Notes: generated by a model not told the origin, from the letters alone. A stretch of 64,000 nucleotides of DNA from Planctomycetota bacterium (GCA_947501605.1 CANMWZ010000008.1:32001-96000); one strand, 5' to 3'. Shown: positions 27,236 to 36,903, counted from the stretch's first letter. Numbers and translations are program-made.

Positions 27236-28840
27236 TCAGCCGCCGAGTACGATCGAGAGCAGGTTGAGGGCGAACGGCGGCAGGCGGTGCGGCGCCACGT
27301 AGTAGGTGGTCACCAGCACAACAGCGCTCATCAGGATGGCGCCAGCCACCAGCGAGCTGCGGCGACGGCGGCTCACGGTCTTGGCTCGCTCCTCTAGGGT
27401 CTCGAGGTGGCTGACAGCTCCAAGCATCGGCACGGACAGGGCGCGCTCGACGTCATCGACGGTCTTCAGTGTTCCGCGGAGCACATCGAGCAGCAGGATC
27501 AACACAATGGCAGCGCCGAGTCCGAGCAGGCAACCAAGCCCTGCAACCAGAGCGATGTTCGGTTCCGTCGGCTTTTTCGGAACAAAGGCCTCTGCGACCT
27601 GCTTGACCGGGGCCTTGGAGTCGAGCTGCTGCTGTAGATCGAGCGCAGCCTCGAGTTGCTTGCGGGCGTCGTCGCGCTTGTCTTGAGCCTCTTGAAGGCC
27701 GCGCTGCTTGGCAAAGTAGATTTCGGCTGCGTCGGCCCGCCGCTTCTGTTCTTCGCGCGCGGCCGCTACTTCGTCGAGCAGTCGATCGCGAGAAGCGACC
27801 GCGGCCGCCAAGGCGACTTGCATCCCCTCGAGTTCGGTACGCGCCTCCTTGAGCTTCGGGTTCTCGGTCAACTCTTCGCTGGAGAATGCCGCACTCAACT
27901 CCTTCTCGAGCCAAGCCACACGGGTGCGAAACGTCCTGAGGTCAGGGTGCGCAGGCCCCATCGAGTTCTCGAGACTTCGCTTGCGCGCCTTCAGCTCCAG
28001 GAACCACTGAGCCTCTTGAGAGCCGGCTGGGAAGCGCGTCTCGATCGCCATCGCTGACGAGTCGAAGTCGCGGGGCGTACGATCGATCTTGCGCTGCGTG
28101 TTCGCGATCTGCTGTTCGAGAACTGCGACCTCGCGATGCGCGGCGTCGAGTCGCTCCTCCTGCCGCTTCATCGACGCTTCACGGATCCGCATGTCCTCGC
28201 GCTGCAGCGCTTCATCCCACATCCGCTCGAACCCGTACTGCGCACTGAGGTGCGTCAGTTCGCGGTTGATGCTGGTGTACTCCCCGAGCGCCGCTCTGGC
28301 GCGCTGGTTTGCCTGTTCGGACTGCAGCTCCGTGCCGCGGCGCATGTCTGCGACTTGCTGCGCCATCCAGGTAGCGACCAGGGTGTTCAAGAAGGCCGCT
28401 GCGCGCACACCATCGCGATCGCGATAGGTCACTACGAGTCGTGCATAGCCGCGACCCTGACCTGGGTTGATGTCGACGACCCTGATGCGCTCCTCGATCT
28501 CTCGTTCACCCTGGCGCCGCTCGAAGGCGTCAGGGACAGCGCTCTCGGGCCAACCAAGCTTCTTGATCGTTGGACCGGCCGATTGCGGGATGAGGATCGT
28601 CGCATTGTCGACGACGAACTTGAACGGGTCCTCCGTTGGTCGAGTCTGAACTTCGGCCGGCAACCGGTAGTAGTCGACGTAGACCTCGGCCACGTAGTAG
28701 CGCGGCACGAAGAAGGCAACGATGCCGCCGATCAGCAGACCGAGTAGTGAGACAGGAATGACCTGCCAGCGACGCCGCTTCAGCAGATCGAAGTAGCGCG
28801 CTAGCGACAGCTGCGGCAGTTCAACCGTTGGCTCGCTCAT
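27236..28840 (-). CDS. Polysaccharide chain-length determinant/co-polymerase (Wzz/GumC-like), lacking a kinase domain
   Basis: YFDLLKRRRW + TM, long coiled coil, GPAHPD, P..PTEPN + TM, DDVERALSVPMLG. Start taken at MSEPTVE. Confidence 0.85.
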   Translation of the reverse strand: MSEPTVELPQLSLARYFDLLKRRRWQVIPVSLLGLLIGGIVAFFVPRYYVAEVYVDYYRLPAEVQTRPTEDPFKFVVDNATILIPQSAGPTIKKLGWPESAVPDAFERRQGEREIEERIRVVDINPGQGRGYARLVVTYRDRDGVRAAAFLNTLVATWMAQQVADMRRGTELQSEQANQRARAALGEYTSINRELTHLSAQYGFERMWDEALQREDMRIREASMKRQEERLDAAHREVAVLEQQIANTQRKIDRTPRDFDSSAMAIETRFPAGSQEAQWFLELKARKRSLENSMGPAHPDLRTFRTRVAWLEKELSAAFSSEELTENPKLKEARTELEGMQVALAAAVASRDRLLDEVAAAREEQKRRADAAEIYFAKQRGLQEAQDKRDDARKQLEAALDLQQQLDSKAPVKQVAEAFVPKKPTEPNIALVAGLGCLLGLGAAIVLILLLDVLRGTLKTVDDVERALSVPMLGAVSHLETLEERAKTVSRRRRSSLVAGAILMSAVVLVTTYYVAPHRLPPFALNLLSIVLGG

Positions 28841-28933
28841 GCCCTGTTCCACTCGCCGGATATCGGCAGGATGCCTCACAGAACCTGCTCCCGACTGCCA
28901 TTCTTGCGCACCAGTACCTTGGCGCTCATTGCG

Positions 28934-29746
28934 TCAGAACCGGAAAAAAGACGAGTTCGTTTGCCCGCTGGCGACGTCCCAGCCGAAGCGAATCTGGGCG
29001 AAGCCGAGAATCGTCTGCACCGCGACGCTCACCGGCGTCAGGATGCGCTCGAGCAACCGCGACACCATGCCGAGGAAGGTCGGCGGGATGTAGATGATGT
29101 CGTTCTCGCGGATGCGGATGTTACGCTGCGTGTTGCCAGACATGATCATGTGGTAGACGTCAACCTCCACATGCAATGGGTGCTCGGCGTCCGGGCGGAT
29201 CAACTGCACCCGGCTCAAGTTTGCCAATGGCGTCCACCGGATTCTCGCGACCGCTTTGAGGATCGTGCAGTCTGCTCCCAACAAGGCCATGGGCACGATG
29301 CCCTTCGCGCCCACCTCGCCAAAGGCATAGATGTTCTTGCTCTCGCCAACGATGCGGGCCTGGACATCGACCTCGAACTGGAACACGCCCTGGAGGAGCC
29401 CCTTTACCAGAGTCGCAAGCTGTGCCTCGGTGAGACCGAGCACCTGCACCGGCCCGACGTAGGGGATCAGGATCTTCCCGTCGATCGCGATGCTCTGCGG
29501 CGCCGTGAGTCGGGCGAGTTCCGCGGCGGAGGGATCGAGAAACGTCGAGGCCGGAATCAGGAAGACGATCGAGTCACCGCCCGCGACGTAGTTCTCGACT
29601 ACGGCGTCGCCTTCGGCGCGCGAGCCAAACCCCTTTTCGTGAAACAGCTCGCGCAACCGCTTTTCCTCGTAGTTGCTGCACGAGGTCAACAAGCAGCCAA
29701 GGATGGCCAGCAGCAAGAACGACAGGGCAGTGCGGTTCGGAGTCAC
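28934..29746 (-). CDS. wza: Polysaccharide export lipoprotein (Wza/Poly_export + SLBB)
   Basis: Lipobox LTSC; DGKILIPYVGPVQVLGLT, IYAFGEV, ANLSRVQLIR, ENDIIYIP. Confidence 0.88.
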   Translation of the reverse strand: MTPNRTALSFLLLAILGCLLTSCSNYEEKRLRELFHEKGFGSRAEGDAVVENYVAGGDSIVFLIPASTFLDPSAAELARLTAPQSIAIDGKILIPYVGPVQVLGLTEAQLATLVKGLLQGVFQFEVDVQARIVGESKNIYAFGEVGAKGIVPMALLGADCTILKAVARIRWTPLANLSRVQLIRPDAEHPLHVEVDVYHMIMSGNTQRNIRIRENDIIYIPPTFLGMVSRLLERILTPVSVAVQTILGFAQIRFGWDVASGQTNSSFFRF

Positions 29747-29790
29747 GCGCGTCTCTTCGAGGGTTGCCGCACCGGTCGTGCGGCGGGCTC

Positions 29791-29831
29791 ATGGTAGGAG
29801 GCTGACTGTGCAGCGCAATCTCCGCGATTGC
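29791..29831 (-). promoter_or_regulatory. Candidate sigma-70 promoter for wza with an overlapping palindromic operator
   Basis: Minus strand TTGCGC-N16-TACCAT (29818-29791); inverted repeat GCAATC-N5-GATTGC (29815-29831) overlaps the -35. Confidence 0.35.
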
Positions 29832-29956
29832 ACGGAAGCTCCCCTAGTATCGGACGATCGCAGCCTGCGACCTGAGCCCGCGAGTTGGACCACTCGGTGC
29901 CGCCCGCCCGCGTGTGCGGCGACGGCAAGCAGCGGCCGCAGGCGAGGGCACGCGGC

Positions 29957-30967
29957 TCAGCGGCTCGCGTACTGCTGCTTGTAGTAGTCCTGGTAGGCGC
30001 CGCTGCGGACTCGCTCCCACCACGACCGATTCTGCACGTACCAGTCGAGCGTCTGCCGGAGGCCCTGCTCGAACGTGTGCCGCGGCTCCCAGCCAAGTGT
30101 TGCGCGTGCCTTGCTCGAGTCCATCGCGTAGCGACGGTCGTGGCCCGGGCGGTCTTTCACGTAGTGGATCAGGTTGTCCCCCTTGCCCAGCAGGCGGAGG
30201 ATCTCCTTGATCACGTAGATGTTCTCGCGCTCCGCGTTGCCACCGAAGTTGTAGACCTCGCCGGCCTGTCCCCGTTCCATCGCGGCGCGGATTCCCTCGC
30301 AGTGATCCGTCACGTAGATCCAGTCGCGGACGTTCTTGCCATCGCCATAGACTGGCAGATGCTTGCCCTCGAGGGCGTTTGCGATCATCAGCGGGATCAG
30401 CTTCTCCGGGAATTGGTACGGCCCATAGTTGTTCGAGCAGCGGGTGATGACGCAGTCCATGCCGTGCGTATGCACCGCGGCGCGCACGAGAAGGTCACTC
30501 GCTGCCTTGCTCGCCGAGTAGGGCGAGTTGGCCTGCATCGGTGTGTCCTCGGTGAAGAAGCCCCACGGGCCCAGGCTGCCGTAAACCTCGTCGGTGCTGA
30601 CGTGCACGAAGCGCTTGGTCTTGTAGATGCGGCTCTTGTCGAGCAACACCTGCGTGCCCTGCACGTTGGTTCGGACAAAGGCCGTCGCGTCGAGCACCGA
30701 ACGGTCGACGTGGCTCTCGGCGGCGAAGTGCACGACGAGGTCCGGTCGATGCGCAGCGAAGGCCTCGTCCATCTGCGCGCTGTCGGCGATATCGCCCTTC
30801 ACGAACGTGTAGCGCGGGTTGCTCGCCACGTCGGTCAGGTTCTCGAGGTTGCCAGCGTAGGTCAGGGCATCGAGGTTCACGACCTCGTGGTCGCTGCCGT
30901 TCAGCAGCATGCGCACGAAGTTCGAACCGATGAAACCAGCACCACCGGTGACGAGGATCTTGCTCAC
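29957..30967 (-). CDS. rfbB: dTDP-glucose 4,6-dehydratase
   Basis: GTG start overlapping the rfbD stop; GGAGFIGSN, DALTYAGN, HFAAESHVDRS, STDEVYG, YSASK, NNYGPYQFPEKLIP, DRPGHDRRY. Confidence 0.97.
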   Translation of the reverse strand: MSKILVTGGAGFIGSNFVRMLLNGSDHEVVNLDALTYAGNLENLTDVASNPRYTFVKGDIADSAQMDEAFAAHRPDLVVHFAAESHVDRSVLDATAFVRTNVQGTQVLLDKSRIYKTKRFVHVSTDEVYGSLGPWGFFTEDTPMQANSPYSASKAASDLLVRAAVHTHGMDCVITRCSNNYGPYQFPEKLIPLMIANALEGKHLPVYGDGKNVRDWIYVTDHCEGIRAAMERGQAGEVYNFGGNAERENIYVIKEILRLLGKGDNLIHYVKDRPGHDRRYAMDSSKARATLGWEPRHTFEQGLRQTLDWYVQNRSWWERVRSGAYQDYYKQQYASR

Positions 30968-31824
30968 TGGGACTCTTCCTTCAGATAGCGACGCAGGGCG
31001 TCGTGGTAATCGGGCAGCCGCTTCCCGCGAACCGCCGCGAGCTTGTCCGTGTCGAGCACGGACCAGGCTGGGCGAGCCGCGGGGCGGCCGAGTTCTTGGC
31101 TGGTCATGGTGCCTACCGTGACCGCCCCGAACCCGGCTGCAGCCAGGATATCGGTCGCGAAGCGGTGCCAACTGCATTGGCCTTCATTGCTCGCATGGTA
31201 GATGCCGCCAGGAGCCTTCAACTCACACAGGTCGAACATCGCAGCCGCGAGGTCGTCCGTGTAGGTAGGACGGCCAATCTGGTCCGTGACCACCTTCAAC
31301 GGCTGACCAGAACGGGCACGCGCCAACATGGCGGAGGGGAAGTTCTTGCCCTTCGGACCGAACACCCAGCTGGTTCGCAGAACGTAGAAGTCTTGGCGCT
31401 GATGCGCCGCGAGCGCCTGTTCGCCCAGCAGCTTGCTGCGGCCGTAGGCGGACAGCGGGGCGGTGGTCGCGTCCTCGCGATAGGGAGTCGTCGCGCGACC
31501 GTCGAACACAAAGTCCGTACTGACGTAAACGAGGCCGATGCCGAGTTCGGCGCAGACATCGGCAACGTGCGCGGTGCCAGTGCCGTTCTGCGCCACAGCC
31601 TTCTGCGGCTCCTTTTCACAGCCATCGACGTCGGTCCACGCGCCGCCATGCAGGACGAAACGAGGCTTCTGCTCGACGAGCCAACGGCGCACGGCACCTT
31701 GGTCTTCGACGCGCAGATTCGTCGTGTCGGTCATGCAGACGCTGCGCCCGCGTCGCCCGGCCTCGCGGGCTACAGCGCGGCCGAGTTGTCCTCTCCCACC
31801 TGTGACAAGGTAGTCGACGCTCAT
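30964..31824 (-). CDS. rfbD: dTDP-4-dehydrorhamnose reductase
   Basis: GGRGQLG, AWTDVDGCE, STDFVFDG, YGRSKLLGE, DQIGRPT, PAARP. Confidence 0.95.
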   Translation of the reverse strand: MSVDYLVTGGRGQLGRAVAREAGRRGRSVCMTDTTNLRVEDQGAVRRWLVEQKPRFVLHGGAWTDVDGCEKEPQKAVAQNGTGTAHVADVCAELGIGLVYVSTDFVFDGRATTPYREDATTAPLSAYGRSKLLGEQALAAHQRQDFYVLRTSWVFGPKGKNFPSAMLARARSGQPLKVVTDQIGRPTYTDDLAAAMFDLCELKAPGGIYHASNEGQCSWHRFATDILAAAGFGAVTVGTMTSQELGRPAARPAWSVLDTDKLAAVRGKRLPDYHDALRRYLKEESQ

Positions 31825-31858
31825 GCTGCATTCCCTGCTGTGACCCGCAGTGCGGGCC

Positions 31859-32593
31859 TCAGATGTCCATCCGGTTGCAGCCGTTGTCGCGAATCAGCGT
31901 TGCGGCGCGATACAGCGATTCGAACGTGCCAGCATCGGTCCACCAACCCTTCAACACTTCGGCCGTCATCGAGCCACGGCGGATGTACTCGTTGTTGACG
32001 TCGGTGATCTCGAGCTCGCCGCGGGCTGACGGCTTCAGCGTGCGGCAGATCTCGAACACGTGCTTGTCGTAGAGGTAGATGCCGATGACCGCTTGGTTGG
32101 TCTCCGGTTGCTTTGGCTTCTCGACGATCTTCTCGACCTTGCCGTTCTTGACCGTGGCAACGCCAAAGCGCTCGGGGTCGTGCACTTCCTTCAGCAGGAT
32201 CTTGGCACCCGTTCCCTGCGCCTTGAAGTCATCGACGGCCTTCTTGATGTTGCTCTCGATGATGTTGTCGCCCAACACCACGCAGATGGCTTCACCGTCG
32301 GCGAAGTGCTCCGCCAGTTTCAGCGCGTCGGCAATGCCACCCTCGCCCTGCTGGTAGGCGTAGTTGAGACGCTGCAGACCGAAGTCGGCGCCATTGCCGA
32401 GCAGCTGCAGGAAGTCACCGGCGGAGTTTCCGCCCGTGACGATCAGGATGTCCCTGATACCAGCGTTCACCAAACACTGGATCGGGTAATAGATCATCGG
32501 CTTGTCGAAGACCGGCAGCAGATGCTTATTGGTGATCTTCGTGAGCGGGTAGAGCCGCGTGCCGAGACCACCTGCGAGAACAACGCCCTTCAT
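31859..32593 (-). CDS. rfbA: Glucose-1-phosphate thymidylyltransferase (short, SpsI-like form)
   Basis: LAGGLGTRLYPLT, KHLLPV, LGDNI, PERFGVA, EKP, RGELEITD, WTDAGT. Confidence 0.9.
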   Translation of the reverse strand: MKGVVLAGGLGTRLYPLTKITNKHLLPVFDKPMIYYPIQCLVNAGIRDILIVTGGNSAGDFLQLLGNGADFGLQRLNYAYQQGEGGIADALKLAEHFADGEAICVVLGDNIIESNIKKAVDDFKAQGTGAKILLKEVHDPERFGVATVKNGKVEKIVEKPKQPETNQAVIGIYLYDKHVFEICRTLKPSARGELEITDVNNEYIRRGSMTAEVLKGWWTDAGTFESLYRAATLIRDNGCNRMDI

Positions 32594-33528
32594 GAGTACT
32601 GACTCCGGTACCAGTCGTAGGTTCGTTGGATTCCTTCGGCGAAGCCAACGCTCGGGCAGAAGCCGATTATGGATTTCGCGCGACCGACATCCGCCAGCGA
32701 GTGCCGGACATCGCCTTTGCGAGCCGCGGCGTACAGAGGTTGGACACTCTTGCCGGCGACTCGACTGAGTTCGGCGAGCAGGTCGCGCACGGTGATCGAC
32801 TGGCCGTAGGCCAAGTTCACGATCTCGCAGCCGGTCGTAGTCGCAAACAGCGCCTTCTCAACGCCCTCCACCACGTCCTCGACGTAGGTGAAGTCGCGCG
32901 ACTGCGTGCCATCGCCATCGATGCGCGGTTGCTGGCCGCGCAGCAACGAGAAGCAGAACGCAGCCACGACCCCCGAGTACTGGCTGTCCGGTACCTGGCG
33001 TGGGCCGAAGACGTTGAAGAACCTAGTGATGACGACGGGCAGGCCGTACACGCGGGCGTAGCTTCTGCAGTAGAGCTCGCCCGCTAGTTTGGCCGCCGCG
33101 TAGGGAGACAGCGGGTCCTCACGCATGCTCTCATGCTTCCACTGCTCCTGCTGGTTGCCATAGGCCGACGAACTGCCGGCGTAGACGACGCGCGCGCCAT
33201 GCTGCTTGGCGGCGAACAGCACCTGAGCCGTGCCGGTAGCGCAGGCGTGGTGCGTATCGAGCGGCGTTTCGAGGCTGCGTGCAACCGACGGCAACGCCGC
33301 CAGGTGTACGACGTGCTTGCTGTTGGCAAACGCGCGCTGCACTGCAACAGCATCGGTAACGGAACCCTCGACGATCTCCAGATCGCCCTCGACCCCGTCG
33401 AGATTCGTGCGCCGACCCGTCGAGAAGTCGTCGATCACTGTGACGCTGCGTCCCGCAGCCAGGAGGCGCCGCACAAGGTGCGAACCGATGAAGCCGGCAC
33501 CGCCGGTGACGAGAACCCGAGTACTCAA
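32590..33528 (-). CDS. NAD-dependent epimerase/dehydratase (UDP-sugar 4-epimerase, WbpP-like)
   Basis: AGGAG RBS with TTG start; GGAGFIGSH, HLAALPSVARS, YAAAK, RFFNVFGPRQ, GDGTQSRDFTYV, GDVRHS. Confidence 0.92.
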   Translation of the reverse strand: MSTRVLVTGGAGFIGSHLVRRLLAAGRSVTVIDDFSTGRRTNLDGVEGDLEIVEGSVTDAVAVQRAFANSKHVVHLAALPSVARSLETPLDTHHACATGTAQVLFAAKQHGARVVYAGSSSAYGNQQEQWKHESMREDPLSPYAAAKLAGELYCRSYARVYGLPVVITRFFNVFGPRQVPDSQYSGVVAAFCFSLLRGQQPRIDGDGTQSRDFTYVEDVVEGVEKALFATTTGCEIVNLAYGQSITVRDLLAELSRVAGKSVQPLYAAARKGDVRHSLADVGRAKSIIGFCPSVGFAEGIQRTYDWYRSQYS

Positions 33529-34065
33529 ACGATGACTCCTGCGGCAGGGACCGTGGCGGACAACCAGGCAAAGCGCATCCGGCCATCGACCCGATCGCCC
33601 ACGGCGACGTAGCCGAGGCCCTTTGTCGCGCTGGTCCCCGCACGGGTCATCGGCATGGCGCGCCTTCTGTCTGCTTGCGGATACGAATTCGCGCTCGCAG
33701 CAGCGACTGGTGCGGGCCCTGAGTCGCCGCCCCCTGCCCGGGGCGCACCGCCCTCTCCTTGCGGCAGAAGGCGCCCCCGAGCAGGCCGCAACCTGTGCAC
33801 GTCATCGTCTGTGTTCAGCGCTCGGGTCACGAAGCGTGGCGGAAGGGGAATGAGATCAAGTGTGCTGTATCGCTGCCCTTGTAGGGTGTCCACCCGAGTG
33901 TGCGGTTTCCCGCAAGAGACGGAGAAGCCCTTGGTTGAGACGGGCCCAGAACCCCCCATGAGATCGACCACTGCACCTTGGCCTCGGGCGGTTCTGCGCC
34001 CGCCATCTCGGGACGAAGGTCGCCGCCCGGAGCTACTCTCCAAGGTGGTCACAGGCCCGCACAGG

Positions 34066-34095
34066 TTGACAGGTTGCGCGCGTCGGCCTTACCGT
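34066..34095 (+). promoter_or_regulatory. Candidate sigma-70 promoter of the zinc-ribbon gene pair
   Basis: TTGACA-N18-TACCGT about 40 bp upstream of GTG 34136; the -35 sits inside the tandem ACAGGTTG-ACAGGTTG. Confidence 0.45.
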
Positions 34096-34135
34096 CCCCC
34101 GGCCCCCTCTCCCCCTCGTCGAGGATTCCATCATC

Positions 34136-35473
34136 GTGGCTAGGCGCGACCGTTCGTCGTCCTCCCGTTCGTCATCGGCCGCCAAGCGCCCGTCCTCTTC
34201 GTCCACCACGCGCGCAGCCGGTCGGCCGCGGAGCGATGGCAAGGTCGACATCTTCTGTCCCCAGTGCGCCGCGCAGTATCGCATCGCCGAAGACGCGATC
34301 GACATCAAGGTGGCGTGCACGCAGTGCCAGCGCGTCTTCTTCCCAAAGGCAGGCGCCACCAAGCGACCGAAGGCCAAGGACTACAGCAAGGCCTACATCG
34401 GTTTCGGTGTCGGCGCGGTCCTGATAGTCGGCACCTTGGTGCTGATGAGCCGCGGTGGCGACCAGCCAAAGCCGAAAGCCGCGGCGCCAACGAACACCGC
34501 AGACGCACAGTTGCAGATCGATCGGAAGGCCCGAGCCGATCAGGGCATGCGTTGGGCTCGTGCGGTCGCCACCGGCGACCTGCTGACATTGCGCACCTAC
34601 TCCGACTTGGCGGCGATGGCCACGGTTCTCGGTATCGACGCCACTCTGGTCGGCGATGCACGCGACCAGGCAATCGTTGCCGCGCTGCCCAAGCACGACG
34701 CCACGCGCCTGTTCTCCGAGATGGAATGTTCCTCGGCGGATGTAAGTGAGTCGGCCGTGAAGGCAGGCGCAGGTGCGATGACCTTCTACTTCAGCAACAA
34801 GCCCGGCGACACGGTCTACGACCCCAAAGCCGGAGCCCAGGTCACCGTGCAGTGGAGCCTCCAGGCCTCGCAGATGCGCGTGGCCTCCTTCGAGGTGACG
34901 GCGAAACCCGTCGTCCGGGGCAAGCGTCCAGGCGATTCGTCGAACACTTTCAAGCCCAGCGAAGAGGTCGCCAAACCCAAGCTCGTCGAGACCAACCGAG
35001 GTGGCGCCCTGGTAAAGGTCAAGGAGTCCGATCCGGCTCCGATCGCGCACCTCGCGGACACGCCTGAGCCGGTTCGCGAGAAAATCGATGCCTTGGTCAA
35101 GGACCTGATCGCGAGCGCGGATCCGGACTCTCCAGGCTACCTGTTTGGCCGCAGCTCCTCGGCACTCAAGGCGATCGGCAAGCCGGCCATGCCGCGCTTG
35201 GTGAATGCCCTCTACGAGCTCTACCCGGACGTCCAGGGCAACAACCAGAAGATCTCGCAGGTCACGCGCTGCCTGCTCGACATGACCGGGATGGCCTTCG
35301 CGTATGACGTGCGCGGCAGCGGCGACGCGGCAAAGGACAAGCCTGCTCGCGAATCCGTCATCCGGCAGTGGTTCGCGTGGTGGTGGCGCTTTGCCAACGA
35401 CACCTATCAGGACGCGATCGACCAGTCCGAGGATCTGCTCGACGCGAGCAGCAGCAAGCCCAAGGACAAGTAG
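34136..35473 (+). CDS. Zinc-ribbon (MJ0042-type) single-TM protein with a C-terminal helical domain
   Basis: CPQCAAQYRI...CTQC, TM YIGFGVGAVLIVGTLVLM, C-terminal LLDMTGMAF...RQWFAWW. Confidence 0.8.
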   Translation: MARRDRSSSSRSSSAAKRPSSSSTTRAAGRPRSDGKVDIFCPQCAAQYRIAEDAIDIKVACTQCQRVFFPKAGATKRPKAKDYSKAYIGFGVGAVLIVGTLVLMSRGGDQPKPKAAAPTNTADAQLQIDRKARADQGMRWARAVATGDLLTLRTYSDLAAMATVLGIDATLVGDARDQAIVAALPKHDATRLFSEMECSSADVSESAVKAGAGAMTFYFSNKPGDTVYDPKAGAQVTVQWSLQASQMRVASFEVTAKPVVRGKRPGDSSNTFKPSEEVAKPKLVETNRGGALVKVKESDPAPIAHLADTPEPVREKIDALVKDLIASADPDSPGYLFGRSSSALKAIGKPAMPRLVNALYELYPDVQGNNQKISQVTRCLLDMTGMAFAYDVRGSGDAAKDKPARESVIRQWFAWWWRFANDTYQDAIDQSEDLLDASSSKPKDK

Positions 35474-35530
35474 GCGTCCCGCCCATTCCCAACCTCTCCC
35501 CAGCCCGTTCCCTAGCCAGCCTGAAATCCC

Positions 35531-36730
35531 ATGTCCGTCCTCGCCATTGCCTGTGACAACTGCGGCGCGAAGTACCGCCTGCCTGAGTCGTTCTCCGGAG
35601 ACAAAGCCAAGTGCCAGAAGTGCGGCAGCGTGATCGATGTCGCTGCCCAGCGCAAAACGGCCGGAGCACCGGCAACGGCACCAGCACCAGCCCCGAAGAC
35701 CGCATCGGTACCGCTCAGTCCTCCAACGAGGAAGAAGGAGTCAGCCGTCGGTACTCGCGCCGCGAGCACGTCAGCGGCAAAGGTTGAGGCTGCGCCGACG
35801 CGGCTGGCGCGTTCAAGCCGCGGCACGAGTGCGGAGCCCGCTGAAGCGAAGGACGGCAAGAGCGGCCGTACGCGCGGCGACCGAAAGGAAGCCGGCGAGC
35901 GCGAACCAAAGAAGAACAACACCATGCTGTTGGCTGGCGGCGGCATCGCGGCCCTCGCCATCGTCGCGGTGATTGTTGTCCTCGGCTCGGGCAGAAAGGA
36001 ACCAGCCAAGGGGACCGACCAAGCAGTCGTCGGGAACCAAGAAGCCGCCAAGCCCGCGCCAGAGGCAAGCAAGCAGGATGTCGCGCCACCGCAGCCCAAG
36101 GTCGAGCCGAAAACGGAGCCGAAGACGGAGCCGGCGCCAGTTCTGGCCGACGCGAGCGCCAAGCTGCTCGACGGAAAAGCCGAACCAGCCGTGGCCACCA
36201 CCGAGAAGCCGGCAGCAAAGGAGGCCGAAGCACCGGCGCAGCCTGCCGATGACGGCACTCCCAAGGAGAAATGGGAGCGCAACACGACCAAGAGCATCGA
36301 CGAGGTCTTTGATGTGAAGTCGCTCGGCGAACTGCCATGGACGGCAGAGGCCGACGATGCGAAGCGGGAAGAAGTTCGGGCCCTGGTTGCGACGGTTGTC
36401 GATGGCGGCAAGCCCGCGCGAGCGGCCAAGACCGAACTCGAGAAGATGGGCTACTTCGCTGCCTTTGGCATTGTCGAGCGCTTGCGCCAACTCGACTACA
36501 AGTCCAGCAGTGAGCAGATGACCGCTTGGGAGTTCAACAAGGTGCTCGAGACGATCTTCGCCGGCTTGAATGCAGGCTTCGTCGCGGTCGAGGACGGCGT
36601 CGATCTCGACCCTCGCAAGGCTGACCACAACGCGCGCACGGCCGAGGCGTGGAGCAGGTTCTTGGGCAAGTATCCGACCAAGGCCGAGTTTGACGCGTGG
36701 CGCAAGGAACGCCTCAACCGCGCCAAGTGA
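35531..36730 (+). CDS. Zinc-ribbon (MJ0042-type) single-TM protein with Pro/Ala/Lys/Glu linkers
   Basis: CDNCGAKYRL...CQKC, TM MLLAGGGIAALAIVAVIVVL, EPKTEPKTEP linker, helical C-terminal domain. Confidence 0.8.
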   Translation: MSVLAIACDNCGAKYRLPESFSGDKAKCQKCGSVIDVAAQRKTAGAPATAPAPAPKTASVPLSPPTRKKESAVGTRAASTSAAKVEAAPTRLARSSRGTSAEPAEAKDGKSGRTRGDRKEAGEREPKKNNTMLLAGGGIAALAIVAVIVVLGSGRKEPAKGTDQAVVGNQEAAKPAPEASKQDVAPPQPKVEPKTEPKTEPAPVLADASAKLLDGKAEPAVATTEKPAAKEAEAPAQPADDGTPKEKWERNTTKSIDEVFDVKSLGELPWTAEADDAKREEVRALVATVVDGGKPARAAKTELEKMGYFAAFGIVERLRQLDYKSSSEQMTAWEFNKVLETIFAGLNAGFVAVEDGVDLDPRKADHNARTAEAWSRFLGKYPTKAEFDAWRKERLNRAK

Positions 36731-36762
36731 CCCAGATCCCAGCGACCCAGATCCCAGTGACC
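36729..36762. repeat. 15-bp tandem repeat GACCCAGATCCCAG(C/T) x2 plus a partial copy
   Basis: Read directly; located at a convergent gene junction. Confidence 0.8.
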
Positions 36763-36903
36763 GGGCTCCGGCGGCGTTGGCCTGCGGTGGGTCATGTGCT
36801 GCGGGCCGCGTCAGCCGGCGTAGCCGAGGTTGTCGGGGCGGGCTAGATCTTGGCCGCGCCCAGGGTCTTCAAGACTCACGGCGAACCGACTCGCTCGCGG
36901 TTG

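Noticed and set aside
33525..34052. 175-aa minus-strand ORF upstream of the epimerase
   Set aside because: Low-complexity Arg/Gly/Pro composition with no recognisable motif; treated as non-coding.
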